64,000 bases of DNA. Origin: a virus. Below, piece by piece: positions 37,344-47,700 of the stretch (position 1 is the stretch's first letter; each line of letters opens with the position of its first letter). Where the stretch lies: positions 16,475 to 80,474 of the IMG/VR virus record IMGVR_UViG_3300031951_009873. One strand, 5' to 3'. A program made the translations under genes and the position numbers. Below the pieces are notes generated by a model. That model worked only from the letters and a program-made list of their open reading frames with translations, was not told where the DNA came from and did no database searches.

Positions 37344-37844
37344 ATGTCATACTATTTTCCATTCGGTGGTAGTCAAGCAACTACAACACAGAACATAAGT
37401 CATTCATTATCAGCAGCAACCGCTAGTGCACCAACGTCAAACAGTACCACAGCAATTACTGCATCTTGGGCAGCAACAACTAAATTTACACCAGAATCGG
37501 GGTTTGCTGGGTTAAATGTAACTTTGGAAGGATGTCAAACCGCTTCAGCTGCAAATCCGTCATTACTGGTATCTGGTGCTACTGGAAATCAAGGACCATC
37601 GGGGTCAAACGGAACTAATATACTAACGTGTCCAGATGGTACTGTTCGGTGTATGGCGTTAGAACCTTCATTATCCGCACAGTTTTTTATTGGTGGTATA
37701 CGAGGTGCGAACTATAATGTCCCATCGGGGTCACAGTATAGTATTGTCTGTATGCAAATTCCAACCACCTGTAGCGCAGCACAAGCATTAGCTGGTTGTC
37801 CAGATTCCTTGTATATACCTACTCCACGACCAAGCATCCCTTGA
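37344..37844 (+). CDS. Ser/Thr-rich collagen-like virion protein with Cys-rich C-terminus
   Basis: MSYYFPFGG N-terminus; GATGNQGPSGSNG; six Cys. Confidence 0.55.
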   Translation: MSYYFPFGGSQATTTQNISHSLSAATASAPTSNSTTAITASWAATTKFTPESGFAGLNVTLEGCQTASAANPSLLVSGATGNQGPSGSNGTNILTCPDGTVRCMALEPSLSAQFFIGGIRGANYNVPSGSQYSIVCMQIPTTCSAAQALAGCPDSLYIPTPRPSIP

Positions 37845-37869
37845 CAAATAATAAACTATATTTTAAATT
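37841..37869 (+). promoter_or_regulatory. Sigma70-type promoter (weaker -10)
   Basis: TTGACA (37841-37846) - 17 nt - TAAATT. Confidence 0.5.
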
Positions 37870-37896
37870 TAATTAAACACCAACAAAAGGTAATTT

Positions 37897-38121
37897 ATGG
37901 CACAAACGGTTCCACTACCAACAGCATTACGTAGTTTAATTGAAAGTAATAATCAATTATTAAAAATGTATCAATCTGATTTGACTAAGCAAGTTATGCA
38001 AGCAAATGAAGAAATGATGCGAATGTTGAATCTTAACCCAAGTGAGGGGTGGAGATTAGATTTAGATAGTCTCACATATGTCAAGGTAGAAAATACTGAT
38101 GCTACATCAGTCAGCGAATAA
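37897..38121 (+). CDS. Small hypothetical protein
   Basis: 74 aa ORF with AAGG RBS, overlapping the next gene. Confidence 0.6.
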   Translation: MAQTVPLPTALRSLIESNNQLLKMYQSDLTKQVMQANEEMMRMLNLNPSEGWRLDLDSLTYVKVENTDATSVSE

Positions 38122-39985
38122 CGCGATACTGACATTCGGGAAGTTCAGAGGACACTCACTCGCCCACATATATTATAATAATCAGTCATACCTAACTTGG
38201 ATGACGCAGACTGTCGGGATTCCCGAAGTCTGGAAAGAAGCGGCGACATTGACTCTTAAAGGTGAAGATATCTCGCACTTAAAGATAGCGAGAACCAATA
38301 ATCCGACTGTCACCAATACACCACAAACATCTACAGATACCACAGTTACTATTCATTTAAAGGATAGTAAAACTGCGGTTGTTGTTATGCCATATAATCC
38401 CAACTTGATGGCAAAGTTCAAGTATGAAGTGGATGGTCGGAAATGGAACGGGGAAGAAAAGTGGTGGGAGTTTCCTGCGGTACATCTCCCCAAAGCATTT
38501 AATGTATTCGGTCCAACCAATATCAAATGTGATGACAAGGTATTGAACTTACTGGAGAAACTCAAAGACCGCCGTGAGGATTTAGACGAAATACGTGTGA
38601 AAGAAGATGTAGAATTTGACATTAAGGGGATGCAACTCCAACTCTATCCATACCAGAAAGTCGGTGTCAAGTTCGTCGAACGAGCAGATGGTCGTTGCTT
38701 GATTGCCGATGCGCCTGGGTTGGGTAAGACTGCACAAGCTATTGGATTTGCCCAACACAAGAAACTCAAAACCATTATCGTCTGTCCTTTATCAGTCGTG
38801 GTCAATTGGAAGCGTGAAATCAAAAAGTTCACGGGCAAAGATGCCACCATCTGGGATAGTAAGAGTTATGATGGAAAGCTGTCGAATCAGTTCCACATCG
38901 TCCATTATGATGCGGTCGGTAAGGTGGTCAATGATTTACGAAAGCAAGAGTTTGACCTGCTGGTATGTGACGAGGCTACCTATCTAAAAAACAGACAAAC
39001 CATCAGAGCAAAGTCTATTTTAGGTTCTTATAAAGAACGACGAAAATATCCCGGCATTAAAACGAAGTACTGCTTATTCCTCACTGGTACTCCCGTGATG
39101 TCTCGTCCAATCGAAGCGTTCGCTTTGTTGAACTTCCTTGACAAAGAGCGTTTCAATAATTTCTTCCACTTCACCCAACGATACGGTGGATGGAAAGGAG
39201 AAGCCCCCCGTAATCTCCAAGACTTGCATGACCGTACAAAGGATTTGGTTATCCGCAGAAAGAAAGAACAAATATTGACGGAACTTCCAGCAAAACAACG
39301 CAATGACTTGTATGTGGAATTGACGAAGGACGAACAAAAGCAGTACAAGGAATTATTAAGAGAAGTCTTTGGTCGTTGGAAGGTGGAGAAACCTACCATT
39401 GGTCACATGCCAAAGATTCAAAGTTTCTTGATTGAAAAGAAGATTCCACGGTTGGTGGAGATGGTGGATGAATTCTTAGATAACGATAAACCTATCCTCA
39501 TTTTCAGTAATTATCTTGCTCCATTGAAGTTCTTGGCTGAACAATACGGAGATAAGGCGGCAATGTTGACGGGTGAGATGAATAGTAAGGAACGTCAACA
39601 TACTATTGACCGATTAACCAAGGGTGAAGCAAAAGTCGGACTATTCAGTTTGATGGCAGCAGGTATGGGTATTGACGGACTCCAACATCAGATAGATACA
39701 GTTGTTTTTCTCAATTGTGATTGGGTTCCCGCAAACCACGAACAAGCAGAGGACAGAACCCACCGCATCGGTCAAAAGGGTCAAGTTCAAGTCTATTATA
39801 TGTTATGCGCCGATACCATTGACGAATATATGCGGGATATCCTTAAAGAGAAGCAGCAGGTGGCAGACTTGGTGGTGGACGGGGCGTTGGTCACCCCAGA
39901 ACGGTCAAAATCGTATTTTAAGGAGTTTGTCAGTAAAATAAATCAGGTTTATAAGCAGGATATTTCTACTAAAAACGTGGAGTAA
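38099..39985 (+). CDS. SNF2/HARP-family (SMARCAL1-like) helicase
   Basis: LYPYQ, ADAPGLGKT, CDEA, LTGTP, QAEDRTHRIGQ; N-terminal LTFGKFRG..YL.W small domain. Confidence 0.92.
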   Translation: MLHQSANNAILTFGKFRGHSLAHIYYNNQSYLTWMTQTVGIPEVWKEAATLTLKGEDISHLKIARTNNPTVTNTPQTSTDTTVTIHLKDSKTAVVVMPYNPNLMAKFKYEVDGRKWNGEEKWWEFPAVHLPKAFNVFGPTNIKCDDKVLNLLEKLKDRREDLDEIRVKEDVEFDIKGMQLQLYPYQKVGVKFVERADGRCLIADAPGLGKTAQAIGFAQHKKLKTIIVCPLSVVVNWKREIKKFTGKDATIWDSKSYDGKLSNQFHIVHYDAVGKVVNDLRKQEFDLLVCDEATYLKNRQTIRAKSILGSYKERRKYPGIKTKYCLFLTGTPVMSRPIEAFALLNFLDKERFNNFFHFTQRYGGWKGEAPRNLQDLHDRTKDLVIRRKKEQILTELPAKQRNDLYVELTKDEQKQYKELLREVFGRWKVEKPTIGHMPKIQSFLIEKKIPRLVEMVDEFLDNDKPILIFSNYLAPLKFLAEQYGDKAAMLTGEMNSKERQHTIDRLTKGEAKVGLFSLMAAGMGIDGLQHQIDTVVFLNCDWVPANHEQAEDRTHRIGQKGQVQVYYMLCADTIDEYMRDILKEKQQVADLVVDGALVTPERSKSYFKEFVSKINQVYKQDISTKNVE

Positions 39986-39986
39986 G

Positions 39987-39996
39987 GATATTTATA
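39987..39996 (+). promoter_or_regulatory. Putative late promoter motif
   Basis: GATATTTATA upstream of the tail module; AGGAG RBS at 40021. Confidence 0.6.
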
Positions 39997-40030
39997 TAGG
40001 TGGTAAAACCAAATAGTTTAAGGAGTTATT

Positions 40031-40783
40031 ATGGCAGAATACAATTTCCCGACAGAAACGATAGACCTTCCAAGTGGTGGGAAGTTCTATTCTGAGGGGA
40101 GTCCGTTACGAAGTGGAAAAGTCGATGTCAAGTATATGACCGCTAAGGAAGAAGATATCTTGACCTCGACCAATTTGATTCAAAAGGGTGTGGTCATTGA
40201 CAAATTGATGGAAAGTTTGATTGTCACACCAGGCGTCAAACCAGATGATTTATTGATTGGGGATTTAAATGCAGTAATGGTTGCCGCTCGTATTTTAGCA
40301 TACGGGAAGGAGTATCCAATTCAGTTGGTCTGTGGTACCTGCGTAACCAAGGTTGACCATAACGTTGACTTATCGAAGTTGGAAACCATTACCCCAGATA
40401 TACCAGCAGAAAACAGTGAGTATCAAGTCACTTTACCAACTGGTGTTGTAATTACATTTAAGTTATTGACTCGCGGTGATGAAAAGGATATTCAAGCAGA
40501 AGTTGAAGGAATGAAGAAGTTTAACAAGTCAATTGAAGGAGATTCCACTACCCGATTGAAGTATATGATTACTTCGGTTAATGGAAACAGTGACCGTAAA
40601 GTAGTTCGAGAATTTGTTGATGCAATGATTATTCGTGATGTACGAGCATTTCGTGAACACTATAAGAAGGTTTCTCCAGATGTCAACTTTGATTTAGATA
40701 TACAATGTTCTAACTGCGACGGTACAATTAAAGCGAGGATGCCCTTTGGGGCAAACTTTTTTTGGCCTGACTTCGGAACATAA
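40031..40783 (+). CDS. Baseplate-hub / tail assembly chaperone (T4 gp26-like)
   Basis: LPSGG.FY, MTAKEEDIL, GD..A.M..ARI..YG, two CxxC; directly upstream of the tape measure gene. Confidence 0.75.
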   Translation: MAEYNFPTETIDLPSGGKFYSEGSPLRSGKVDVKYMTAKEEDILTSTNLIQKGVVIDKLMESLIVTPGVKPDDLLIGDLNAVMVAARILAYGKEYPIQLVCGTCVTKVDHNVDLSKLETITPDIPAENSEYQVTLPTGVVITFKLLTRGDEKDIQAEVEGMKKFNKSIEGDSTTRLKYMITSVNGNSDRKVVREFVDAMIIRDVRAFREHYKKVSPDVNFDLDIQCSNCDGTIKARMPFGANFFWPDFGT

Positions 40784-40967
40784 GGTCGATATCCACAAGA
40801 CGTTGTTTACAATGGCGTATTATAGTAATGGAGCGTTTGATTTCCAACAAGTGTATAATATGCCGGTCTATTTACGAACCTTCCATATGAAACAATTGGA
40901 AGATGCAAAAACCAAAGAAGCAGAAGCGGTAAAGTCGGCACAAAAAAGTAGACCTTCAAAGAGATAG
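40758..40967 (+). CDS. Chaperone C-terminal extension (gpGT-like), probably reached by a +1 frameshift at T7
   Basis: Overlapping frame FFGLTSEHK..VYNMPVYLR lacks a good own start; slippery TTTTTTT at 40757-40763. Confidence 0.6.
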   Translation, partial: FFGLTSEHKVDIHKTLFTMAYYSNGAFDFQQVYNMPVYLRTFHMKQLEDAKTKEAEAVKSAQKSRPSKR

Positions 40968-40970
40968 CAC

Positions 40971-42677
40971 ATGGAAGAAGATTTTGAACAAGGTAGTTCT
41001 GCTATACAAAAATTAACAGACAGTATTCTTGCACTGATGAACGCAAATAAGGAAGCTGAACAAGCTGCATTAGACCGTGCCAAAGAAGATAAAGAAGCCT
41101 CAGAAAGAAAAAAGAAAGAAAAAGAAGTTGATGATAAGTCTAAAGCTACTAAAAAAGAGTTAATTGAAGCAACTAAACGATTGGGATCAGAGTTTCTAAA
41201 AATCGGTGAAGCTGGTATTAAGTTTGCATCCACAATAGGAACCAGCGCAACCCGTGGTATAGAATTAGAATTCCGAAACAGAGCAGCGGTTGTCGCCCAA
41301 ATATTAAAGTTGGATGCAGACCGAGCAGTATCTCTTGCACAACAACAAGCAGCTCAACAAGCACTGACCGATACCTTTATCAGTACCCGTGAAGGATTTC
41401 AACTTAGTGCAGACGGTACTAAAGCATTCGCTGCAAATCTTAAGGGTGGGTTCAAATCAGAATTCCAACTTACCAATGAATCTCTTCGTGCCTTAGTTAC
41501 CACGGGAATGGCAACGGAAGCACAATTTGAAAACTTCCGTAAAGCAAGTGGTCGAGCAAGTCTATCCTCTGGTCAATTCGCCAATATTGTTAACAAGAAT
41601 ACATTATCATTCTTATTATATGGACCTAAGTTCGCAAAAGCAGCTACCGATGCAGAACGCTTAGGAATTAGTTTAGCAGGAGTTCAAGCCGCTCAAGAAG
41701 GATTGGTCACCAATCTTGATGGTACGATTGATACCGTTGCACAACTTAATCAGCTTGGAGCACAAGTAGATTTTGGTACATTAGTCAGAGTTGCTGAACA
41801 AGAAGGACCAGATGCGTTGATGGCATATGCTAGAGCAACCATTCCAGCAAATCTCCTACAAAGTACCAGTACTCGTGCGCTCTTCAAACAATTAGGTATT
41901 TCCGCTGAAGATTTCTTAAAAGCTGGAGGTCAACAAAAGAGTGCAGCAGAATCTATTGAAGAACAAATGACAGAAGCAGCAAAGAAAACTAATAACTTTG
42001 GTGCAACACTAGTAGCGATTGGTACTAGAGCCTTTAGTCTATTGACTACCACATTTGGAGGAGTTGCTATTGCTGGATTCGCAGCAGCTAAAGCACTGTT
42101 GGCAGTGGCTCGCTCTGGTGGATTAAGTTCACTTGGTAGGTCTATGGGTTTCGTTTCTCCTATGGGTGGACTAGGAAGAGTTGGAGCTATGTATAGAGCT
42201 ACTGGGATGTTGGGCACCTTAGGTGCAGCCGGTGTTGGTATAGGTGGTGGAGCAATGCTAGGAAATGCTTTGGGGGGAACCACAACAGGTAGTACTATTG
42301 GTTCATTAATCGGTACAGGTCTTGGTGCATTCTTTGGTCCAGCAGGTATGATGGTTGGTGGTGCATTAGGTGGAGCAGTAGGAGGATATTTAACTAAAGC
42401 AAACGACATGTTCTCCGCTGGGTATGGTAAACGAATGTTGGTCACCCCAACCGGCGCATTTGCAATGAATAACGCAGATGATATTATCGCCGGTACTAAT
42501 CTTTTCCCGAAGGGATCACTAAACGCTGGTTCCAATAACTCTGATTTGGTTCTCAAGGTTGATAGTCTTATTACCGCATTATCGAACGCAACTACGACAA
42601 TTAATGTTGGTGGTAGTACACAAACGGTTCCTCGTATGCAATTGGTTGGTGTGTACTCTCGTAACGAAGTGAGATAA
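40971..42677 (+). CDS. Tape measure protein
   Basis: Ala-rich helical protein with a Gly-zipper region; position after the chaperone pair and before baseplate genes. Confidence 0.7.
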   Translation: MEEDFEQGSSAIQKLTDSILALMNANKEAEQAALDRAKEDKEASERKKKEKEVDDKSKATKKELIEATKRLGSEFLKIGEAGIKFASTIGTSATRGIELEFRNRAAVVAQILKLDADRAVSLAQQQAAQQALTDTFISTREGFQLSADGTKAFAANLKGGFKSEFQLTNESLRALVTTGMATEAQFENFRKASGRASLSSGQFANIVNKNTLSFLLYGPKFAKAATDAERLGISLAGVQAAQEGLVTNLDGTIDTVAQLNQLGAQVDFGTLVRVAEQEGPDALMAYARATIPANLLQSTSTRALFKQLGISAEDFLKAGGQQKSAAESIEEQMTEAAKKTNNFGATLVAIGTRAFSLLTTTFGGVAIAGFAAAKALLAVARSGGLSSLGRSMGFVSPMGGLGRVGAMYRATGMLGTLGAAGVGIGGGAMLGNALGGTTTGSTIGSLIGTGLGAFFGPAGMMVGGALGGAVGGYLTKANDMFSAGYGKRMLVTPTGAFAMNNADDIIAGTNLFPKGSLNAGSNNSDLVLKVDSLITALSNATTTINVGGSTQTVPRMQLVGVYSRNEVR

Positions 42678-42680
42678 TCT

Positions 42681-44474
42681 ATGGCAACCTTAGCAGACCT
42701 ATTTAACGAAAAATCTCAGGACATCTATAAAAGATTTTCTCCAAGTTCTGACCAGTTCGTAAGAGTCAAACCAGATACCGAAGGAGTCTTTGGTAGTCGT
42801 AGTCGTATCAAGAATGACAATCGTTCGGTCCCTACTATATCTGTACTGCGTGACACTCAACGAGTCAGTAAATTTTTGGCGTCTGCCGAGGGTGTGTTAT
42901 TTTTAACTAAGCAGGCTTTACTACAAACTGGAAATACTTTCGTTAATACAAAACTGTACAATCCAGCATCTCCATTATTAAATGTTGTGCCGTTCTTACA
43001 TACTAGACGACACATACCAACACAAGAAGTCACCGGAGCTGCATCTGGACTACTACAGAATACTACAGTAAATAATGTAACTAGTAAGTTTATTATTAGT
43101 GGTCAACTTCAAGCATTGTCTACTGGCGGCCGCGGATTACTACCTACGATTGGAAGTATAGCAAAAACTTATGTAGCAACACAATTAAAAAACGCAGCTA
43201 ATACCATAGTCCCCTTACCACAGACTTTCTTAGGTTCTAGACCAGAATATAAAGTATTTACCGATGCAATTGGACCTATGGTGTTCGCTCCTCAACCGTT
43301 AGAACAACGAGGTAAAGTATTAACCAGTTTAACTGCTAATGTTAAAGATGTGGTGGTATCAGCCGCGCGTAAAAAAATAGTATCTGTTGCTACTGCAGCG
43401 TTAAATCGTGCATTACCAAAATCATTAAGAAATAATATTCCTTTACCAATACCACTTTCAAGCGAACCACAAAAAATCCCCACATTTGTAAAGGCTGCCA
43501 AGGACTTTAGAAAAAACTTTTATGATAGACAACTAAGAAAATTTAGAGGAGACTCTACAAATAGTAGACTAAAAAACAAATATTTTTATGAAAGTGATAA
43601 TGGTTTTGCTGATACGGACGAAAATCCAAGTACCAAAACATTTGGTACTGCAAAACCTACATCATATTATCCAACTGATAACGGTTTAAAATCAACATTA
43701 AAAGACCCATATAATATTGCTCCATTCGTACCTGCCTCTGAAGAAAATACCATTAGTTACAGAAAAATAATAAAAGAGCAAGATAAAAATACAGATATTA
43801 TACGATTTATATTTTCTGATGTAGATGGTAACAATCCCGTATACTTTCGTGCATTACTATCATCTATTAAAGAGTCAATCAAGCCTGAATTCAATGAACA
43901 ACGATATGTCGGTCGTACCGAACGATTTGTAACTTATGGTGGTGTAAAGCGTGGTGTGAATTTAACATTCAATATCGTGGCGTTTTCACCAGACGAACGA
44001 GATGGTATGTGGACCAAAGTAAATTATCTATCCGGTTTAACTTTTCCAAAAGAAATAAAAAATGGATTTATGGTTCCGCCTTTGTTTAAAATTACTATCG
44101 GTGGTATTTACGATAACCAACCATGTTATATTGAATCTTTAGACTATGATTTCTTGGATGAAAGTATTACATTTGATATTGATAAAGAAGTACCATTTGC
44201 AATTAATGTTACAATGCAACTGAGTATTCTTGAAAAACGTAGTAAATTCTCAGACAGTCCATTCTATAAGATTACAGAAGATGCTAGTAAACTAGGGATA
44301 GAACGATTGGGGTCTGCCGCCACTACAACTGCTATAGCTGCACGACCAAATACCGCAGTGGCCCCACCTAAAAGTTTGGGTTCGTTGATTACTCCAACTA
44401 AGTTTCCTACCACTGGACCGACTACTGGAGAAGGGTTTGTATTACTAGATGAAAGTGGTCAACCTATTCCTTAA
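42681..44474 (+). CDS. Baseplate / tail-tube initiator-like protein
   Basis: C-terminal FRA.LSSI.ES..PEFNE..YVGR.E.F.TYGG..R...TF...PP...ITIG..Y...PC.I.SL domain. Confidence 0.6.
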   Translation: MATLADLFNEKSQDIYKRFSPSSDQFVRVKPDTEGVFGSRSRIKNDNRSVPTISVLRDTQRVSKFLASAEGVLFLTKQALLQTGNTFVNTKLYNPASPLLNVVPFLHTRRHIPTQEVTGAASGLLQNTTVNNVTSKFIISGQLQALSTGGRGLLPTIGSIAKTYVATQLKNAANTIVPLPQTFLGSRPEYKVFTDAIGPMVFAPQPLEQRGKVLTSLTANVKDVVVSAARKKIVSVATAALNRALPKSLRNNIPLPIPLSSEPQKIPTFVKAAKDFRKNFYDRQLRKFRGDSTNSRLKNKYFYESDNGFADTDENPSTKTFGTAKPTSYYPTDNGLKSTLKDPYNIAPFVPASEENTISYRKIIKEQDKNTDIIRFIFSDVDGNNPVYFRALLSSIKESIKPEFNEQRYVGRTERFVTYGGVKRGVNLTFNIVAFSPDERDGMWTKVNYLSGLTFPKEIKNGFMVPPLFKITIGGIYDNQPCYIESLDYDFLDESITFDIDKEVPFAINVTMQLSILEKRSKFSDSPFYKITEDASKLGIERLGSAATTTAIAARPNTAVAPPKSLGSLITPTKFPTTGPTTGEGFVLLDESGQPIP

Positions 44475-44486
44475 CTAGACTCATAT

Positions 44487-44744
44487 ATGGAACGATATAC
44501 TACACCATTAGAAACAGATACTACTAAAAAGATTCCATACTATAAGACGGTGTTACCAACCTCAATTCCGTCTGAAGATATTCCATTCTATTATGTCGTT
44601 CAAGACGGTGATAGATTGGATACTTTATCTTATAAGTTTTACAACACCACAGAAAATTGGTGGATGTTGGCAAAGGCTAATAACTTAGCAAACGGTAGTA
44701 TGGCAGTACCTATTGGTACCAGACTTTTTATTCCAAATATCTAA
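44487..44744 (+). CDS. LysM-domain baseplate wedge protein (gp53-like)
   Basis: VQDGDRLDTLSYKFY....WWMLAKAN....G.RL.IP. Confidence 0.85.
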   Translation: MERYTTPLETDTTKKIPYYKTVLPTSIPSEDIPFYYVVQDGDRLDTLSYKFYNTTENWWMLAKANNLANGSMAVPIGTRLFIPNI

Positions 44745-44745
44745 T

Positions 44746-47700
44746 ATGGCACAAGTTAATGATGCACCGTGGAGTGCTGCGTTTATCGTTTGGGTGGTAA
44801 ATGAAGCAGCAAGAAAAGAAGGTGTAACCGGACTTACATTCCCAACTGGACCAAACTTTGTTGCTCACGTTGAATACGCTAATGCAATTCGTCGTGGAGG
44901 ATTTCCATGGAAAGCCCTCAAACCAACAAACTTTGGTGTACCTATTAAATTACAACCTGGCGACATCGTAGTAATCAATCGTGCGAACAACAATTTAACA
45001 TTTGATGGGTGGGATAGAACTACTGGATGGGGCGGGTTTAGTCATGGAGATGTTGTAATAGAAGATAACGACGGTCCAGGTTTTACAATAATTGGTGGTA
45101 ACTTAAGCAATAGAGTACGGTCTGACACTAAATACGGACTAGGAAAAGCATTCGTTGTACTGCGGCCAAATAATATAGCACACGGTAATATTATACGAGA
45201 TGTTGCGAAAGCAGAATTAAAACTTTGGGAAGATAACAAATGGATAAGTGAAAACCAAGCAGGCGCTCGTGAACGTGTAGCATTATATTGGAACACTTCC
45301 GGATTACCATACATCCCATCTTCTGCGTTTACTAACCCAGGAGGAGTAACCCCACGACAAGCACCAGAGTCACCAGCCGCTATCTCACCATTTATTGAAT
45401 CACTTGAATCATTTCATCCAAATATTCAATACGAACTAACACGGCGCAGAGTATCGGCAGAAACGGCGAATACATATATGCCGTTTGTCAAACTAACATC
45501 GTTGTCAAGAGTATTGCCCGACAATTTACCAGACGGACAAACTTCGGCATACTGCCCTTCACTTGGTATACATGGTCAAGATAATATATCTTTCGATGAT
45601 ATTTACCTACCAAAAAGTAATAAAAGTATTATAGGATACGCAAGAGCTGGTGCTAATGGGGAAACTACCGTACCCGTGGTTGTGTCTGATTCAACAAGAG
45701 ATGCAGCAAATATTCCTATACCTGGAATTACTCAATTCACTGTTGAGCGCAGTACTGCGGGTCCAATGGGAGTACGTGGTGGATTGGTAAAAGCTGATTT
45801 AAAAATAGTTGCATATTCTATTGGACAAGTAGATACACTACTTAGATATTATTTACGCCCTGCTACTAGATTAGTTCTTGAAGTAGGTAGAATGTCGGCT
45901 AATCAAAAAGAAAAACAAATAAAACAGTTTGACTGGAATTTACCAGAATCATTCATTAGTGATTACTTCAGTAAATTTATTAAAAGTCAGCGTCTACAAA
46001 ACGCCTTTATCAAAGAATATATTTACAACAATAATGGTAATTATGAAGCCTTTATTACTTATGTAGTGAAATTTAATCTTAAGTATAATAAAAACAATAC
46101 TTTTGAAATAGACTTAACATTACACTCGGTTCAACAATTTGAAGTAACAACAAAACACACCGCGGTACAATCTAGTTGCCCAAGTCCAACGAAGGCATGC
46201 GATGTAATGGACATTCAAGAGTATTTTAATGGTGCATATGATTGGAAAAACAATTCGTTTAGTAAACTGATGTCACGATATCAAAATGATATAGATTGGG
46301 GTGCTCAAATTGTACCAATAAAAAATAAAGATACTAATGAAGTTGGTGCGCAAAGTACTCAGGCGGGAACTAGAGAAAATGAGTATTATGTATCGTGGAC
46401 ATTTTTTGTAGAAAAAATATTAAACGATAGAGAATACGGTATTGCTGCTATGTTGGGAGATAGTACATCTGTGGGAGCACTATCAGACTTAGCATTATTA
46501 CGACCTGTAGCAAATCCAACTGGATCGTTTGAATCTGGACTAATTTCAAATCAATGTGGATACCATCCAAATTTAAGATCGGTAAACCCAGGCGTAATGA
46601 TTATTTACAATCCAGAAGCACAAATAAGATATGAAAAATCAAAAGATAAAGGCATATTTGAAAGTGTTAAAAATGCGGCCGCATCCGGCTCAAAAGAAGT
46701 AAGCGATGCGTTAAAAGTTAGTTCCTTAGCACAACAAATCAGTGGGTCATCTGTCCCATTTACCAACACACTAAATAAAGTAAATACTGTAGCGGGTGCA
46801 AGTTCATTAACAAATGGTGTGTGGTTAAATACCCAAGCAATTAAGCAAGCATTTACATCCACCGATACAATTTCATCCGCAATAAGTTCATTGTTAAGTA
46901 TGATGAATTCGGCAACAGAAGGTTACTGGAATCTTCAATTATACTCTACTGATGTGAAGAACCCAGGCCTCCATGTGATTGATATGGGACTGTCGAAAGA
47001 ACCAAAATTACTTTCCAAGCCTTCACTTGGTATTGATAGAGAAGAAGCAGAAACAAGTAATATTCTGAATAGTATTACTGGTATAACTCCCGCTCGTTAT
47101 CGCGGTGACAAAGAAGATGAACCTAAATACATCTACATGTTTAATCGAGGTACAAAATTATTTGACGATGGGGAACTTGGTAGTGAATTAATTGACTTAA
47201 ATGTAGAATTTAATTTACCACAAGTAATCGCAGTACAAGCTATTGCTAACATTGGTGGCCCTGCACAAAAACCACTGTTGTCATCTATTAATGTAAAAGA
47301 ATTACAAGAAATTAGTCTTATCAAAGGATTATATACATCATGTGGTGATTCGGCAGACGATGCTAGCTGCGAAAGTGACGAAATAAGAAAGCTCCGTGCA
47401 CAAATAAGCGAAGCTGAAAGTGCCAATCAACGTGCACAGGGGCTTCGAGCCCCTAGTATATTCGCGGGAGATGTTAGTACTCAACTTGCGTTAGCAATAA
47501 ATCGTGATATAGCATCAACAAATCTTAGAACTCTTCAAGATCAGTTAGATGCAACAAAAGCTGGTCAATTTAATCCAAATTTAGTAGGAACCGTGCGAGA
47601 ATATGCAAGTTTAGGTACTGCTTTAGAATTAATAGAAATCAATCCATCTCGTATGATGAAGGAATTAAATATAGACTCGGTATCAGGTACACCTACTCCA

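Noticed and set aside
41930-42556. 208-aa minus-strand ORF (and other antisense ORFs such as 20132-20614, 35044-35448, 49147-49665, 60066-60509)
   Set aside because: These are shadows of well-supported + strand genes with biased codon usage and have no recognisable motifs or RBS
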